A stretch of 32,000 nt of DNA from an uncultured archaeon (GCA_938017985.1 CALIKS010000001.1:54745-86744), one strand, 5' to 3'. Shown: positions 8,327 through 19,359, numbered from the stretch's first letter. Numbers and translations are program-made. The notes: generated by a model not told the origin, from the sequence alone.

Positions 8327-8414
8327 CTATCCTGCATTTGTGTCGGGGTGTATTTTAGGTTCTGCTCATAGCGAGGTGGTAGATATATATTTATGCATAT
8401 TGTTTATCTACGAG

Positions 8415-9035
8415 TTGTTCGAGCCATTCATAGACGAGCTTCTCAGAGCAACTGTCGCGCTCTTCGTTGTAGTCGACCCTCTCGGAAACATTCCGATACT
8501 CCTAGAATTGACAAGTTCTTATGATTCCTCTCGGCGTGCAAAGATATTTGATACCGCGATTATAGGAGGCGCGGTCCTATTGTTATTATTCGCATTTGTG
8601 GGTCATCAAATATTGCTCTTATTCGGAATATCGCTTCATAGTTTTATGATAGCTGGAGGAATTCTTCTACTTATAATATCTCTGCAGATATTAATAATGG
8701 GTGAAGAGAAGTGGCTCCGCCATGCTGAGAGAGACGTTAGCCTATATCCGATCGGCTTCCCCTTAATTGCTGGGCCTGGCGCAATTACGACGACTATGAT
8801 TGCAATAAAAGCCTATGGACCATTCATCGCAGTCATATCCATAATTCTCGTCATGCTGATTACTTGGAGCATTGTCAGGTCCACAGATATGATATATCGA
8901 TTAATGGGTAAAATGGGACTTCACGTAATAGCAAAAATAATGGCAGTATTCTTGGCAGCCATAGCCATCGAGTACATAATAAGTGGAGTAAAATCTGTCA
9001 CACCGGCCTATCAAGGATTAAGAATAATTAAGTAG
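8415..9035 (+). CDS. MarC-family (UPF0056) integral membrane protein
   Basis: The family signature ALFVVVDPLGNIPILLE lies near the N-terminus, followed by about six hydrophobic segments. The track ORF starts at 8340, which would overlap the tRNA-Thr promoter. TTG at 8415 sits ~25-30 nt downstream of an atatatattta TATA-like box (8383-8393) and gives a family-typical ~206-aa protein. The start remains uncertain. Confidence 0.8.
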   Translation: MFEPFIDELLRATVALFVVVDPLGNIPILLELTSSYDSSRRAKIFDTAIIGGAVLLLLFAFVGHQILLLFGISLHSFMIAGGILLLIISLQILIMGEEKWLRHAERDVSLYPIGFPLIAGPGAITTTMIAIKAYGPFIAVISIILVMLITWSIVRSTDMIYRLMGKMGLHVIAKIMAVFLAAIAIEYIISGVKSVTPAYQGLRIIK

Positions 9036-9062
9036 AAGTCTACTAAATATCATATTAGAAAA

Positions 9063-9359
9063 ATGAGTGCTGAGGTTCTAAAGATTAGGAACAATCCCCT
9101 AGTCTGGATAATAGTCATAGTCGTCTTTTTCGCAATATTAGCAGCCCTCGACTACCTAACAATAACTCTCATCTCTCTAATAATGACTGTAACGACGGGC
9201 GCTAAGACAACTCAGAGATATTTATACACCGGCATCCTAACAAGGCTGACAGACCCAGTCGGACTATCTCTCACACTACTCGTAGTAGCGTTATCGGCAA
9301 TAATTACCTACGCACTTCTTTCCGGACTAAAAAGGAAAAAAGGAACTATAGAAAGTTAA
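9063..9359 (+). CDS. Small hypothetical membrane protein (about 3 TM segments)
   Basis: 98-aa ORF with hydrophobic stretches (LVWIIVIVVFFAILAAL, ITLISLIMTV, LSLTLLVVALSAIITYALL) and a basic C-terminus. No recognisable family. Confidence 0.5.
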   Translation: MSAEVLKIRNNPLVWIIVIVVFFAILAALDYLTITLISLIMTVTTGAKTTQRYLYTGILTRLTDPVGLSLTLLVVALSAIITYALLSGLKRKKGTIES

Positions 9360-9403
9360 AGAGAGCCAAAAAGGCATCTCTTCGAAAAAATGGTAAAATA
9401 GAT

Positions 9404-9413
9404 TTTAAATATT
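9404..9413 (+). promoter_or_regulatory. TATA-like box for tRNA-Tyr
   Basis: ttttaaatat lies 26-35 nt upstream of the tRNA 5' end at 9439. This is the usual archaeal TATA-to-start spacing. Confidence 0.45.
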
Positions 9414-9438
9414 CGTTATTTTTTATTCAAGTTGTAGT

Positions 9439-9565
9439 CCCGGCGTAGCTCAGCCTGGTAGAGCGTCCGGCTGTAGAGGTCAGCCAAGCTGGCTGGGACC
9501 TATTTCAGCCTACCAGGCGTACAGAGACCGGAGGGCCGCAGGTTCAAATCCTGCCGCCGGGACCA
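9439..9565 (+). tRNA. tRNA-Tyr (anticodon GTA) with a 50-nt intron at the canonical 37/38 position; 3' CCA encoded
   Basis: Acceptor CCCGGCG/CGCCGGG with the C1-G72 pair typical of archaeal tRNA-Tyr. D stem GCTC/GAGC. Anticodon stem TCCGG (9466-9470)/CCGGA (9528-9532), anticodon GTA at 9473-9475. T arm GCAGG-TTCAAAT-CCTGC, discriminator A at 9562, CCA at 9563-9565. Mature length is 74 nt plus CCA. Confidence 0.9.
9477..9526 (+). other. tRNA-Tyr intron (50 nt)
   Basis: Inferred from the gap between position 37 (g9476) and position 38 (a9527). Exon CTGT(A) (9471-9475) can pair with intron (T)ACAG (9520-9524), leaving AGA-type bulges at both junctions, consistent with a bulge-helix-bulge splice motif. 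Confidence 0.75.
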
Positions 9566-9599
9566 GCAATTCTTTAGCAATAATCACAATCAGCATTGA

Positions 9600-10742
9600 C
9601 TAATGCTTGGTCAAGTAGACTATGCTTTCTCTTGCCTCGCCTATTCTTCTAATCCTTCCAGTGGTTGCGACTCGCTTATTTATTACGCGGATCTTGTCGA
9701 CGGTGAATCCAATTTTTTCAGCCATTTCTGCGATTAACAAATCTGTTTCTACAACTCTGTCCGGATAGACACCGCCAGCGACGACTATTGCTGCCCTACC
9801 ATTCATTTTGAGGACCCTATACATCTCTCTTAATGATTCCTCCATGTCTTTTAGGTAAGCAACGGCTGAGTCGGGCAAGTCTCCGACTTCAATCATTAAG
9901 CTCGCTCTTTCACGGGGCGTCATCCCGATGTATGACCTAACTAGGTCTGTGACGCGCGTATGCGTGAATAAGTCTAACTCTACTGCATATACCTCAGTAT
10001 ACTCAATCTTGTTGAGGTACGGGGGAGAAGTAATTATTGAGTCTATTGACTCGTCAGGTATCCATTCAAGACGCCGAGCGTCTCCAAGATAAATTTCTGA
10101 TGGTCCAGCCTTGAATTTTACTTCTCTAACATCATTAATCATCTCACTCGCGATTTTCTTAAAGAGTGGTAATAGCCTAGGAAGTCTTTTCTTGACGATC
10201 TTTATGACAGAACCATCTTTTTCGACATATGAGGACCTCATAGCTGAATTCATCAGGCAGAGAGTAAAGAAGAGCCTATGGTCAGTATTTTTCAACGAGT
10301 TTATCCTGTTCTTAAGACACATAATCAACTTGAGAGTCTCGGGTGGAAATGCATGTCGAGTAAGTGTTGAGAGATTATCTATACCTGAAAAATCAATGCA
10401 ATCTGAACTTAACAACTCTTTTAAAGTATTCGCTAAATCTTCAGGTGAGTAAATCCTAGTCTTTGCACTGGCAATCATGACGGCTAATGGAGAGGCGTCA
10501 ACACCTATTGACCTTATGCCCAGCTCCATACAGGTCAAGGGAGTCGTTCCCGAACCTACAAATGGGTCCAAAACAATCTTCTCATCATTGATGGAAAATT
10601 CTAGGCATAGCAGTTTAACTAGGTCTCGTGAGAATCCTTCTTTAAAGTAAAACCATCTATGAATGGGTAAGTCCTTATTAGGAATAAAAGTCGCTAATCT
10701 CCAGAGGTCATATCTTTCCTCGAATGGAAACTTTCGTTGCAA
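9600..10742 (-). CDS. SAM-dependent DNA methyltransferase (N6-adenine/N4-cytosine type, SPPY motif IV), no partner nuclease in view
   Basis: 380-aa ORF with a TTG start. Motif I VLDPFVGSGTTPLTCMELG (aa 58-76) is followed by VDASPLAVMIASAKT. That combination resembles the DUF1156/COG1743 adenine-methylase family from memory. Motif IV IITSPPY lies in the second half, giving the order I then IV. Confidence 0.75.
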   Translation of the reverse strand: MQRKFPFEERYDLWRLATFIPNKDLPIHRWFYFKEGFSRDLVKLLCLEFSINDEKIVLDPFVGSGTTPLTCMELGIRSIGVDASPLAVMIASAKTRIYSPEDLANTLKELLSSDCIDFSGIDNLSTLTRHAFPPETLKLIMCLKNRINSLKNTDHRLFFTLCLMNSAMRSSYVEKDGSVIKIVKKRLPRLLPLFKKIASEMINDVREVKFKAGPSEIYLGDARRLEWIPDESIDSIITSPPYLNKIEYTEVYAVELDLFTHTRVTDLVRSYIGMTPRERASLMIEVGDLPDSAVAYLKDMEESLREMYRVLKMNGRAAIVVAGGVYPDRVVETDLLIAEMAEKIGFTVDKIRVINKRVATTGRIRRIGEARESIVYLTKH

Positions 10743-10864
10743 GCAATGACACCTCTCCTTGCTTCGATTTTGCTAAATTATTTTCTATTTTAGATATCCA
10801 TCATCGATGATTTATGCATTAATTTAGAGTAAATGTTTATATCTTAAGTTACAATTTTTAGTTA

Positions 10865-11458
10865 TTGGTGTTCTGTATGGGTGATGAGTACCCAATTGAT
10901 AGATGGTTCAGGAGACGCAGGTCTCCATTCTTTCTTGATTATTTCGAGGACATGTTTCGAGAAATGGAGAGATGGTTTGAAGAAGAAATGAAGTTTTTTG
11001 AGAAGAATATTCCAAGAGAGCTTATCAGGGAGATTAGGACTCCGTCAGGGATTAGGCGCGAAGTCGGTCCACTCGTCTGGGGCTACTCGATAACCATTGG
11101 ACCAGATGGAAAGCCTATTATAAGAGAGTTCGGAAACTTCAGGCCCGGTAGAAGAGGAGAGATCACAGAAGTAAGAACTGAGAGGGAACCATTAGTAGAT
11201 GTATTAAATGAAGATGAACAGATAAGAGTAATAGCTGAAATTCCAGGAGTAAGCAAAGAAGACATAATCCTAACGGTTGTGGACAATAGGCTCAGAATTA
11301 AAGTGGATACTGAGAAAAGAAAATACTACAAAGAGATCGACCTGCCAGAAGAGGTTGACGCAGACTCTGCCAAGGCCTCGTATAGAAACGGAGTCCTCGA
11401 AGTTGTCTTAAGAAAGAAAAAAGCCGAGAAGCCCTCAAAGGACATTAAAATTGAATAA
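10865..11458 (+). CDS. Small heat-shock protein, Hsp20/alpha-crystallin family
   Basis: The alpha-crystallin domain is PLVDVLNEDEQIRVIAEIPGVSKEDIILTVVDNRLRIKVD...YYKEIDLPEEVDADSAKASYRNGVLEVVLRKK. TATA-like tttatat (10836-10842) lies ~27 nt upstream of 10865. ATG at 10877 is an alternative start. Confidence 0.9.
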   Translation: MVFCMGDEYPIDRWFRRRRSPFFLDYFEDMFREMERWFEEEMKFFEKNIPRELIREIRTPSGIRREVGPLVWGYSITIGPDGKPIIREFGNFRPGRRGEITEVRTEREPLVDVLNEDEQIRVIAEIPGVSKEDIILTVVDNRLRIKVDTEKRKYYKEIDLPEEVDADSAKASYRNGVLEVVLRKKKAEKPSKDIKIE

Positions 11459-11465
11459 TGAGCAA

Positions 11466-11475
11466 TTATTTTTTG
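11466..11475 (+). terminator. Oligo-T tract downstream of hsp20 (candidate archaeal terminator)
   Basis: ttattttttg lies 8-17 nt after the hsp20 stop. Archaeal RNAP terminates at oligo-T runs. Confidence 0.35.
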
Positions 11476-11524
11476 CTTAGTTAAAAGATACTTAAATAGT
11501 AGTTTCGGGATTAATTATGTTGTT

Positions 11525-14492
<2,968 letters not shown>

Positions 14493-14535
14493 GAACAGTT
14501 TTCAGAAATTTTTAAGATTTAAGCATATAGAAAGT

Positions 14536-14561
14536 TTTATTTACGACTAGTCGTAAATAAA
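14536..14561. promoter_or_regulatory. Perfect 26-bp palindrome overlapping the dtxR-feoAB promoter (candidate operator)
   Basis: tttatttacgact|agtcgtaaataaa is exact, 13+13 with no spacer. It lies 17-42 nt upstream of the ATG at 14578 and overlaps the TATA-like tttattta. Confidence 0.6.
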
Positions 14562-14577
14562 TTTTAGGGGGAAGCAA

Positions 14578-15246
14578 ATGAAAATGAAAAAAGAAGTGAG
14601 TATAGCCATGGAGGAATATCTAGAATGCATATATAGGCTCGAGGAAAAATACGGAACAGCAAAGACAAGCGATATTGTCAAGTCTCTTGGACTTTCCGCC
14701 GGAACCATAACTAATACTTTGAAGAGACTTAAGAGAAGAGGACTTATTATGCATAGGCCCTACGAGGGTGTGAAGCTCACAGATAAAGGGAGAAGGATTG
14801 CCTTGGAGGTCATCAGGAGGCATAGATTATCCGAGAGGCTGCTGAGTGATGTATTGAATCAAGAATGGGATAAGGTCCACGAGACGGCTTGTATGCTTGA
14901 GCATAGCATAAATGAAGAGGTGGCAAGGCTCCTAGAGAAAATCTTGAAGGAGCCTCGGACGTGTCCTCACGGCAATCCTATTCCAGCTGAGAATGGCATG
15001 ATTATCGAGGAAAAATCTACTCCATTAACATCAATAATGAGTGGTAAACAATGCAGAATAGTGAAAGTGGTTGAAGAGAGCTCTGATTTTCTCAGATACC
15101 TGAAAAAAATAGGACTTATGCCCGGCACCACTATAGAGGTTGTAGAGATTGAGCCGTACGATGGGTCAATAATAGTCAAGCTTGGTTCTAGGAATCATGT
15201 ATTGAGCCGCTCTATAGCCTCACTAATTCAAGTTGCGCAAGAATAG
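14578..15246 (+). CDS. DtxR/MntR/IdeR-family metal-dependent transcriptional repressor with a C-terminal FeoA/SH3-like domain
   Basis: 222-aa ORF. The N-terminal winged HTH is MEEYLECIYRLEEKYGTAKTSDIVKSLGLSAGTITNTLKRLKRRGLI. The dimerisation/metal region is RRHRLSERLL...HETACMLEHS...CPHGNPIP. The C-terminal SH3-like domain is CRIVKVVEES...GTTIEVVEIEPYDGSIIVKLG. Confidence 0.9.
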   Translation: MKMKKEVSIAMEEYLECIYRLEEKYGTAKTSDIVKSLGLSAGTITNTLKRLKRRGLIMHRPYEGVKLTDKGRRIALEVIRRHRLSERLLSDVLNQEWDKVHETACMLEHSINEEVARLLEKILKEPRTCPHGNPIPAENGMIIEEKSTPLTSIMSGKQCRIVKVVEESSDFLRYLKKIGLMPGTTIEVVEIEPYDGSIIVKLGSRNHVLSRSIASLIQVAQE

Positions 15247-15259
15247 GTGTTGAGGTGAT

Positions 15260-15547
15260 GTGATGAGTATTGGCGAGGCATCGAAAAGAAGGGTTCCATT
15301 GTCAGCTCTAAGAGAAGGTGAGAGTGGGACAGTAATATCAATATTGAAGGGGCCTGGAAGAGGAAGAAGACACGGCTCAGCTAGATGCATAATGGAGATG
15401 GGATTAACACCTGGCACGAAAGTAGTCATGATAAGCTCAGCGCCCTTCCATGGACCAGTAGTAATAGACGTCAGGGGGTCAAGATTAGCGATTGGCAGAG
15501 GAATCGCTGAGAGAATTATAGTTGAGATAGATGAAAAAAATGGATAA
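15260..15547 (+). CDS. feoA: FeoA-family ferrous iron transport protein A
   Basis: 95-aa ORF with LREGESGTVISI...GLTPGTKVVMISSAPFHGPVVIDVRGSRLAIGRGIAERIIV. It lies immediately upstream of feoB and overlaps it. Confidence 0.88.
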   Translation: MMSIGEASKRRVPLSALREGESGTVISILKGPGRGRRHGSARCIMEMGLTPGTKVVMISSAPFHGPVVIDVRGSRLAIGRGIAERIIVEIDEKNG

Positions 15548-17480
15548 AATAATTAGGGTTGCTCTTGCTGGAAATACTAACGTTGGGAAATCCGTTATTT
15601 TTAATTATCTCACTGGGCTACATCAACATATCGGTAACTGGCCAGGCAAGACGGTGGAAAAAGCAGAGGGAACGCTGCACTTTAAAGGCTACAACATAGA
15701 CGTGATAGACCTTCCAGGAGTATATTCACTCTCTCCATACTCGCTTGAGGAGCAGATCACTAGGAATTACATTGTACATGAAAAGCCGGACGTCTTGATT
15801 AATGTCGTTGATGCCTCGGTGCTTGAGAGGAATCTGTACTTTACACTCCAATTAATGGAGCTGGGAAGACCAATGATAATTGCCTTGAATCAGATAGACA
15901 TAGCGCGAAAGAAAGGAATCGATATAGACGTAGAGAAGATGGAAAAAATCCTAGGGATACCAGTCATACCGACCATCGCGACTAAAGGAGTAGGAATCTT
16001 CCAGCTTTTAGAAAAGTTGATAGACACCTATAGAAGAGGAGCGACAAATAGAGGCAATTACATAAAGTTTAGAAAAATAATTGAGGATAGAATCGAAAAG
16101 CTGGTAAATATGCTTGAATCCCGTGGATTTCATTATCCAGCGAGATACGCCGCTATTAAGTTATTAGAAGGCGACGAGGAGATTGAGAATGAAATAAAAA
16201 AACTGGACGTTGAGATAGTTAATGTTGCAAAGAAATTGGCTGGAGAAATTGAGAAAATTACGGGTCGCCCATGCCATGAGGTAATAATCTCAGAGCGTTA
16301 CGAAGCTGCCTCCAAGATAGCCAGCGAGGTTGAGAGACCTGTATTTTCTACTAGACCGAAACTTACTGATAGGTTACATGAAGTAACGACTCACAGGGTT
16401 TGGGGATACATAACGATGATTTCATTACTAGTCTTGATATTCTACTCCGTATTTTCCTTAGGCGGATATTTTTCTGAGCTGTTAAATATTTTATTTTATA
16501 ACAGTCTAGAAATTTTTTTCCTAAAATTATTTGAAAGCGGAATAATTGGTAAATTACTCTGGGGCTCAGCTGAAGGGGTAATTGCAGCTCTAACCGTAGC
16601 TTTACCCTACATTTTGCCTTTATACTTCATTTTGTACTTGCTGGAAGACTCGGGCTACATTAGCCGAGTCGCCTTTCTAATGGATACCGCCATGCATAAG
16701 ATGGGGCTTCACGGTAAGGCTTTCATTCCACTACTTCTGGGATTTGGATGTAACGTCCCAGCCTGCATAGGATGTAGAATCTTAGAGACTGAGAGAGAAA
16801 GATTAATCGCAGTCTTCGTAGTGACGCTTGTTCCATGTGCAGCTGAGACAGTAATTATTCTAAGCCTTGTCGGAAAATACTTAGGGTTTCAATGGGCTTT
16901 GCTCCTCTATTTATTCAACCTACTCATAATCCTAATTCTCGGCAGATTTGCATTCAAGATACTTCCAGGCGAGCCGACCGCATTAATAATGGAGATGCAT
17001 GAATATAGAGTGCCTCACTTAAAAACTGTGCTAAAACAAACATGGTTCAGGTTTTACGAGTTCATTAAAATAGCCTTCCCACTGATAATTTTGGGCAGCA
17101 CACTGATAAAGGCAATTGAGGCTTTCGGACTACTACAACCATTGTCAATAATGTTCAGCCCAATAATAGTTGACTGGCTTGGACTACCGATGATAACTGG
17201 CATCACGCTACTCTTCGGCATATTAAGAAAAGAACTCACCGTAATTTTACTATCAACATTGTTCGGGACAACAAACCTTATAGAAGTCCCAGGATTCGGG
17301 CCAATAAACATGATTGTCTTCACGGTAGTCGCAATGTTCTACATTCCCTGCATCTCGACGATTGCCGCGCTCGTCAAAGAAATAGGCTGGAAAAAGGCCC
17401 TAATGATATCTTTGTTTGAACTATTATTTGCAATCGGTCTAGGCGGAATAATTTACAGAGTCTTAACATTGTTCATTTAG
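15531..17480 (+). CDS. feoB: Ferrous iron transport protein B (GTPase plus permease)
   Basis: 649-aa ORF. The G domain has GNTNVGKSVIFNYLTG (G1), DLPG (G3) and NQID (G4). It is followed by a polytopic membrane domain. Confidence 0.95.
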   Translation: MKKMDKIIRVALAGNTNVGKSVIFNYLTGLHQHIGNWPGKTVEKAEGTLHFKGYNIDVIDLPGVYSLSPYSLEEQITRNYIVHEKPDVLINVVDASVLERNLYFTLQLMELGRPMIIALNQIDIARKKGIDIDVEKMEKILGIPVIPTIATKGVGIFQLLEKLIDTYRRGATNRGNYIKFRKIIEDRIEKLVNMLESRGFHYPARYAAIKLLEGDEEIENEIKKLDVEIVNVAKKLAGEIEKITGRPCHEVIISERYEAASKIASEVERPVFSTRPKLTDRLHEVTTHRVWGYITMISLLVLIFYSVFSLGGYFSELLNILFYNSLEIFFLKLFESGIIGKLLWGSAEGVIAALTVALPYILPLYFILYLLEDSGYISRVAFLMDTAMHKMGLHGKAFIPLLLGFGCNVPACIGCRILETERERLIAVFVVTLVPCAAETVIILSLVGKYLGFQWALLLYLFNLLIILILGRFAFKILPGEPTALIMEMHEYRVPHLKTVLKQTWFRFYEFIKIAFPLIILGSTLIKAIEAFGLLQPLSIMFSPIIVDWLGLPMITGITLLFGILRKELTVILLSTLFGTTNLIEVPGFGPINMIVFTVVAMFYIPCISTIAALVKEIGWKKALMISLFELLFAIGLGGIIYRVLTLFI

Positions 17481-17522
17481 TAGAAGTAAGTATATTAATC
17501 TAATCATTTATACATACTTAGC

Positions 17523-18326
17523 ATGCTTACATCGCTGCCTTCTATAGATCTTCATAATGCTGAAAAAGCAATAGTAGATTTCATTAAGAATTTTTTAGAC
17601 AGTTCAGGCATGGATGGCATAGTACTTGGCCTAAGCGGGGGCATAGACTCAGCCACGGTTGCGACACTATGCGCTAAGGCCGCTGGGCCATCGAGAGTCT
17701 TAGGACTCATAATGCCGTCTAGTACCTCGTCGAGGGATGATATCAATGATGCTAAGGAATTAGCAGATGGATTAGGAATAAGCAGGCTCGTCATTGATAT
17801 ATCAGATGCTCAAGAAAACATCGCTCATCTCTATAAGGATAATAGTAAATTGAGCAGGATTGCCTATGGAAACATTGCTCCGCGTCTCAGAATGACTATT
17901 CTCTATCTTTACGCCAATAATAAGAATTTACTCGTCGTTGGTAGTAGCAATAAGTCCGAGTTAATGGTCGGCTACTTTACTAAATATGGTGATGGCGGAG
18001 TAGACATTCTTCCCATCGGAGACTTGTATAAAACGCATGTCAAAGAATTAGCAAAATGGCTCAACATTCCACAAAGAATAATTGATAAGAAGCCTTCGGC
18101 CGGACTCTGGCCGGGACAGACGGACGAGGAGGAGTTGGGAATTACTTATCGAGAATTAGACCTTATACTTTATGCGCTTCTAGACATGGGGTTGAGCGTT
18201 GAAAAAGCCTCTGAAGTTACTGGACTAGAAATAAACAAGGTTAGAAAAGTCTACCAAATGGTGACGAGAAGCGAACATAAAAGAAAGCTACCTCCTTATC
18301 CTCCAATTAAACAATTATTAAGATAA
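17523..18326 (+). CDS. nadE: NH3-dependent NAD+ synthetase
   Basis: 267-aa ORF with the PP-loop GLSGGIDSA, then NKSELMVGYFTKYGDGGVDILPIGDLYKTHV and SAGLWPGQTDEEELG. Confidence 0.93.
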   Translation: MLTSLPSIDLHNAEKAIVDFIKNFLDSSGMDGIVLGLSGGIDSATVATLCAKAAGPSRVLGLIMPSSTSSRDDINDAKELADGLGISRLVIDISDAQENIAHLYKDNSKLSRIAYGNIAPRLRMTILYLYANNKNLLVVGSSNKSELMVGYFTKYGDGGVDILPIGDLYKTHVKELAKWLNIPQRIIDKKPSAGLWPGQTDEEELGITYRELDLILYALLDMGLSVEKASEVTGLEINKVRKVYQMVTRSEHKRKLPPYPPIKQLLR

Positions 18327-18441
18327 ATGGCATAGAGTTAAAAATAGTTAAAATTAAATATGCTTATTTTCGTTAACGCTATTAAATATTCGTAATGGTA
18401 TATATATTGGTTTTTTCGATATTTTTAATTCAAAGATAGAA

Positions 18442-19359
18442 ATGCGCATCGTCAGGTTCTACTTACCGGGGCGAGGAACGAGGATAGGCGTCATGAATGA
18501 GGATGAAGTCATAGACATTACGCGTATGGGCAGCCTTAAAATATCTTCTTTTCTACAGCTAATAAGACTTGCTAAGAAGGCTGAGATGAGTGTGACAGAA
18601 TACTTAGAGAAAAAGCTTAAGAATAGTTCTGGCAAGAGATATAATTACTCAGAGCTAGACGTCAGGCCTAATAATAATTCGCCTCATCTAGTCATTCCAC
18701 TAACTCCGCCCGAAGTTTGGGGAGCTGGCGTCACATACCTCAGGAGCAGAGACGCTAGGGAGTACGAGACGAGAGCCAAAGGAGTATACGACCTAGTCTA
18801 TGAGGCAGAGAGACCAGAAATATTTCTAAAGGCCACTAAAAGCAGGTGTGTTGGACCAAACCAAGAAGTATACATAAGAAGCGACTCCAATTGGACCGTG
18901 CCTGAGCCAGAGCTCGGGCTAGTTCTCGGCCCAAACTTAGAAATCGTGGGATACACTATTGGTAACGATGTATCTGCAAGAGATATAGAGGGTGAAAACC
19001 CACTCTATTGTCCACAAGCTAAAATCTATAAGAATGCGTGTGCATTAGGTCCTGCCATCACTCCAGCCGAAGCGATTAGTAATCCAAGAGACCTAAAAAT
19101 AGAAATGAAGATCATTAGAGACGGTAAGGTAGTATTCCACGGCGAGACAAATACGGGAATGATGAAACGAACTCTGGAGGAACTTAGGAGTTATCTTATC
19201 AGGGATAATCCAGTACCTCCTGGGACTGTTTTCCTGACAGGAACAGGAATAGTACCGCCAGATGACTTCTCGCTCAGTCATAATGACGTGATCGAGATTA
19301 CGATAGAAAAGATAGGCACGCTCAGAAATATAGCGGTTAAAAACAATAAAAATATCTAA
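18442..19359 (+). CDS. Fumarylacetoacetate hydrolase-family protein, 2-dehydro-3-deoxy-D-arabinonate dehydratase (KdaD)-like
   Basis: 305-aa ORF. From memory it matches Sulfolobus KdaD closely: PPEVWG.G..Y, RPEIF.KAT..RCVG, RSDS.WT.PEPEL, DVSARD.E.ENPLY.PQ.KIY, YLIRDNP.P.GT...TGT.IVP, D..EITI..IGTL. Confidence 0.8.
   Translation: MRIVRFYLPGRGTRIGVMNEDEVIDITRMGSLKISSFLQLIRLAKKAEMSVTEYLEKKLKNSSGKRYNYSELDVRPNNNSPHLVIPLTPPEVWGAGVTYLRSRDAREYETRAKGVYDLVYEAERPEIFLKATKSRCVGPNQEVYIRSDSNWTVPEPELGLVLGPNLEIVGYTIGNDVSARDIEGENPLYCPQAKIYKNACALGPAITPAEAISNPRDLKIEMKIIRDGKVVFHGETNTGMMKRTLEELRSYLIRDNPVPPGTVFLTGTGIVPPDDFSLSHNDVIEITIEKIGTLRNIAVKNNKNI

Noticed and set aside
8340-8414. The N-terminal 25-codon extension of the MarC-family ORF given by the ORF track.
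   Set aside because: It would overlap the promoter region of the divergent tRNA-Thr, and it precedes a good TATA-like box (8383-8393). The conserved MarC N-terminus begins right after TTG at 8415.
10800-10811. A perfect 12-bp palindrome ATCATCGATGAT upstream of hsp20 as a heat-shock regulator site.
   Set aside because: About 8 exact 12-bp palindromes are expected by chance in 32 kb (32000 x 4^-6). It lies ~65 nt upstream of the start, outside the TATA-to-TSS region. It does not resemble the Phr-type site as I recall it.
5365-10864. The idea that the primase-like gene (next to tRNA-Asn) or the methyltransferase (next to tRNA-Tyr) marks an integrated plasmid or virus.
   Set aside because: By eye I could find no direct repeat of either tRNA 3' half (att-like duplication) downstream. 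No integrase, Rep or helicase gene is present. The flanking genes are housekeeping (coaBC overlaps the primase-like gene). A computational repeat search would be needed to exclude short att remnants.
15531-15547. The A7 tract (atgaaaaaaatgg) in the feoA/feoB overlap as a possible programmed frameshift or slippery site.
   Set aside because: feoA terminates normally and feoB has its own ATG, with a conserved G1 motif shortly after. A 17-nt overlap is ordinary translational coupling, and no frameshift is needed to explain either product.
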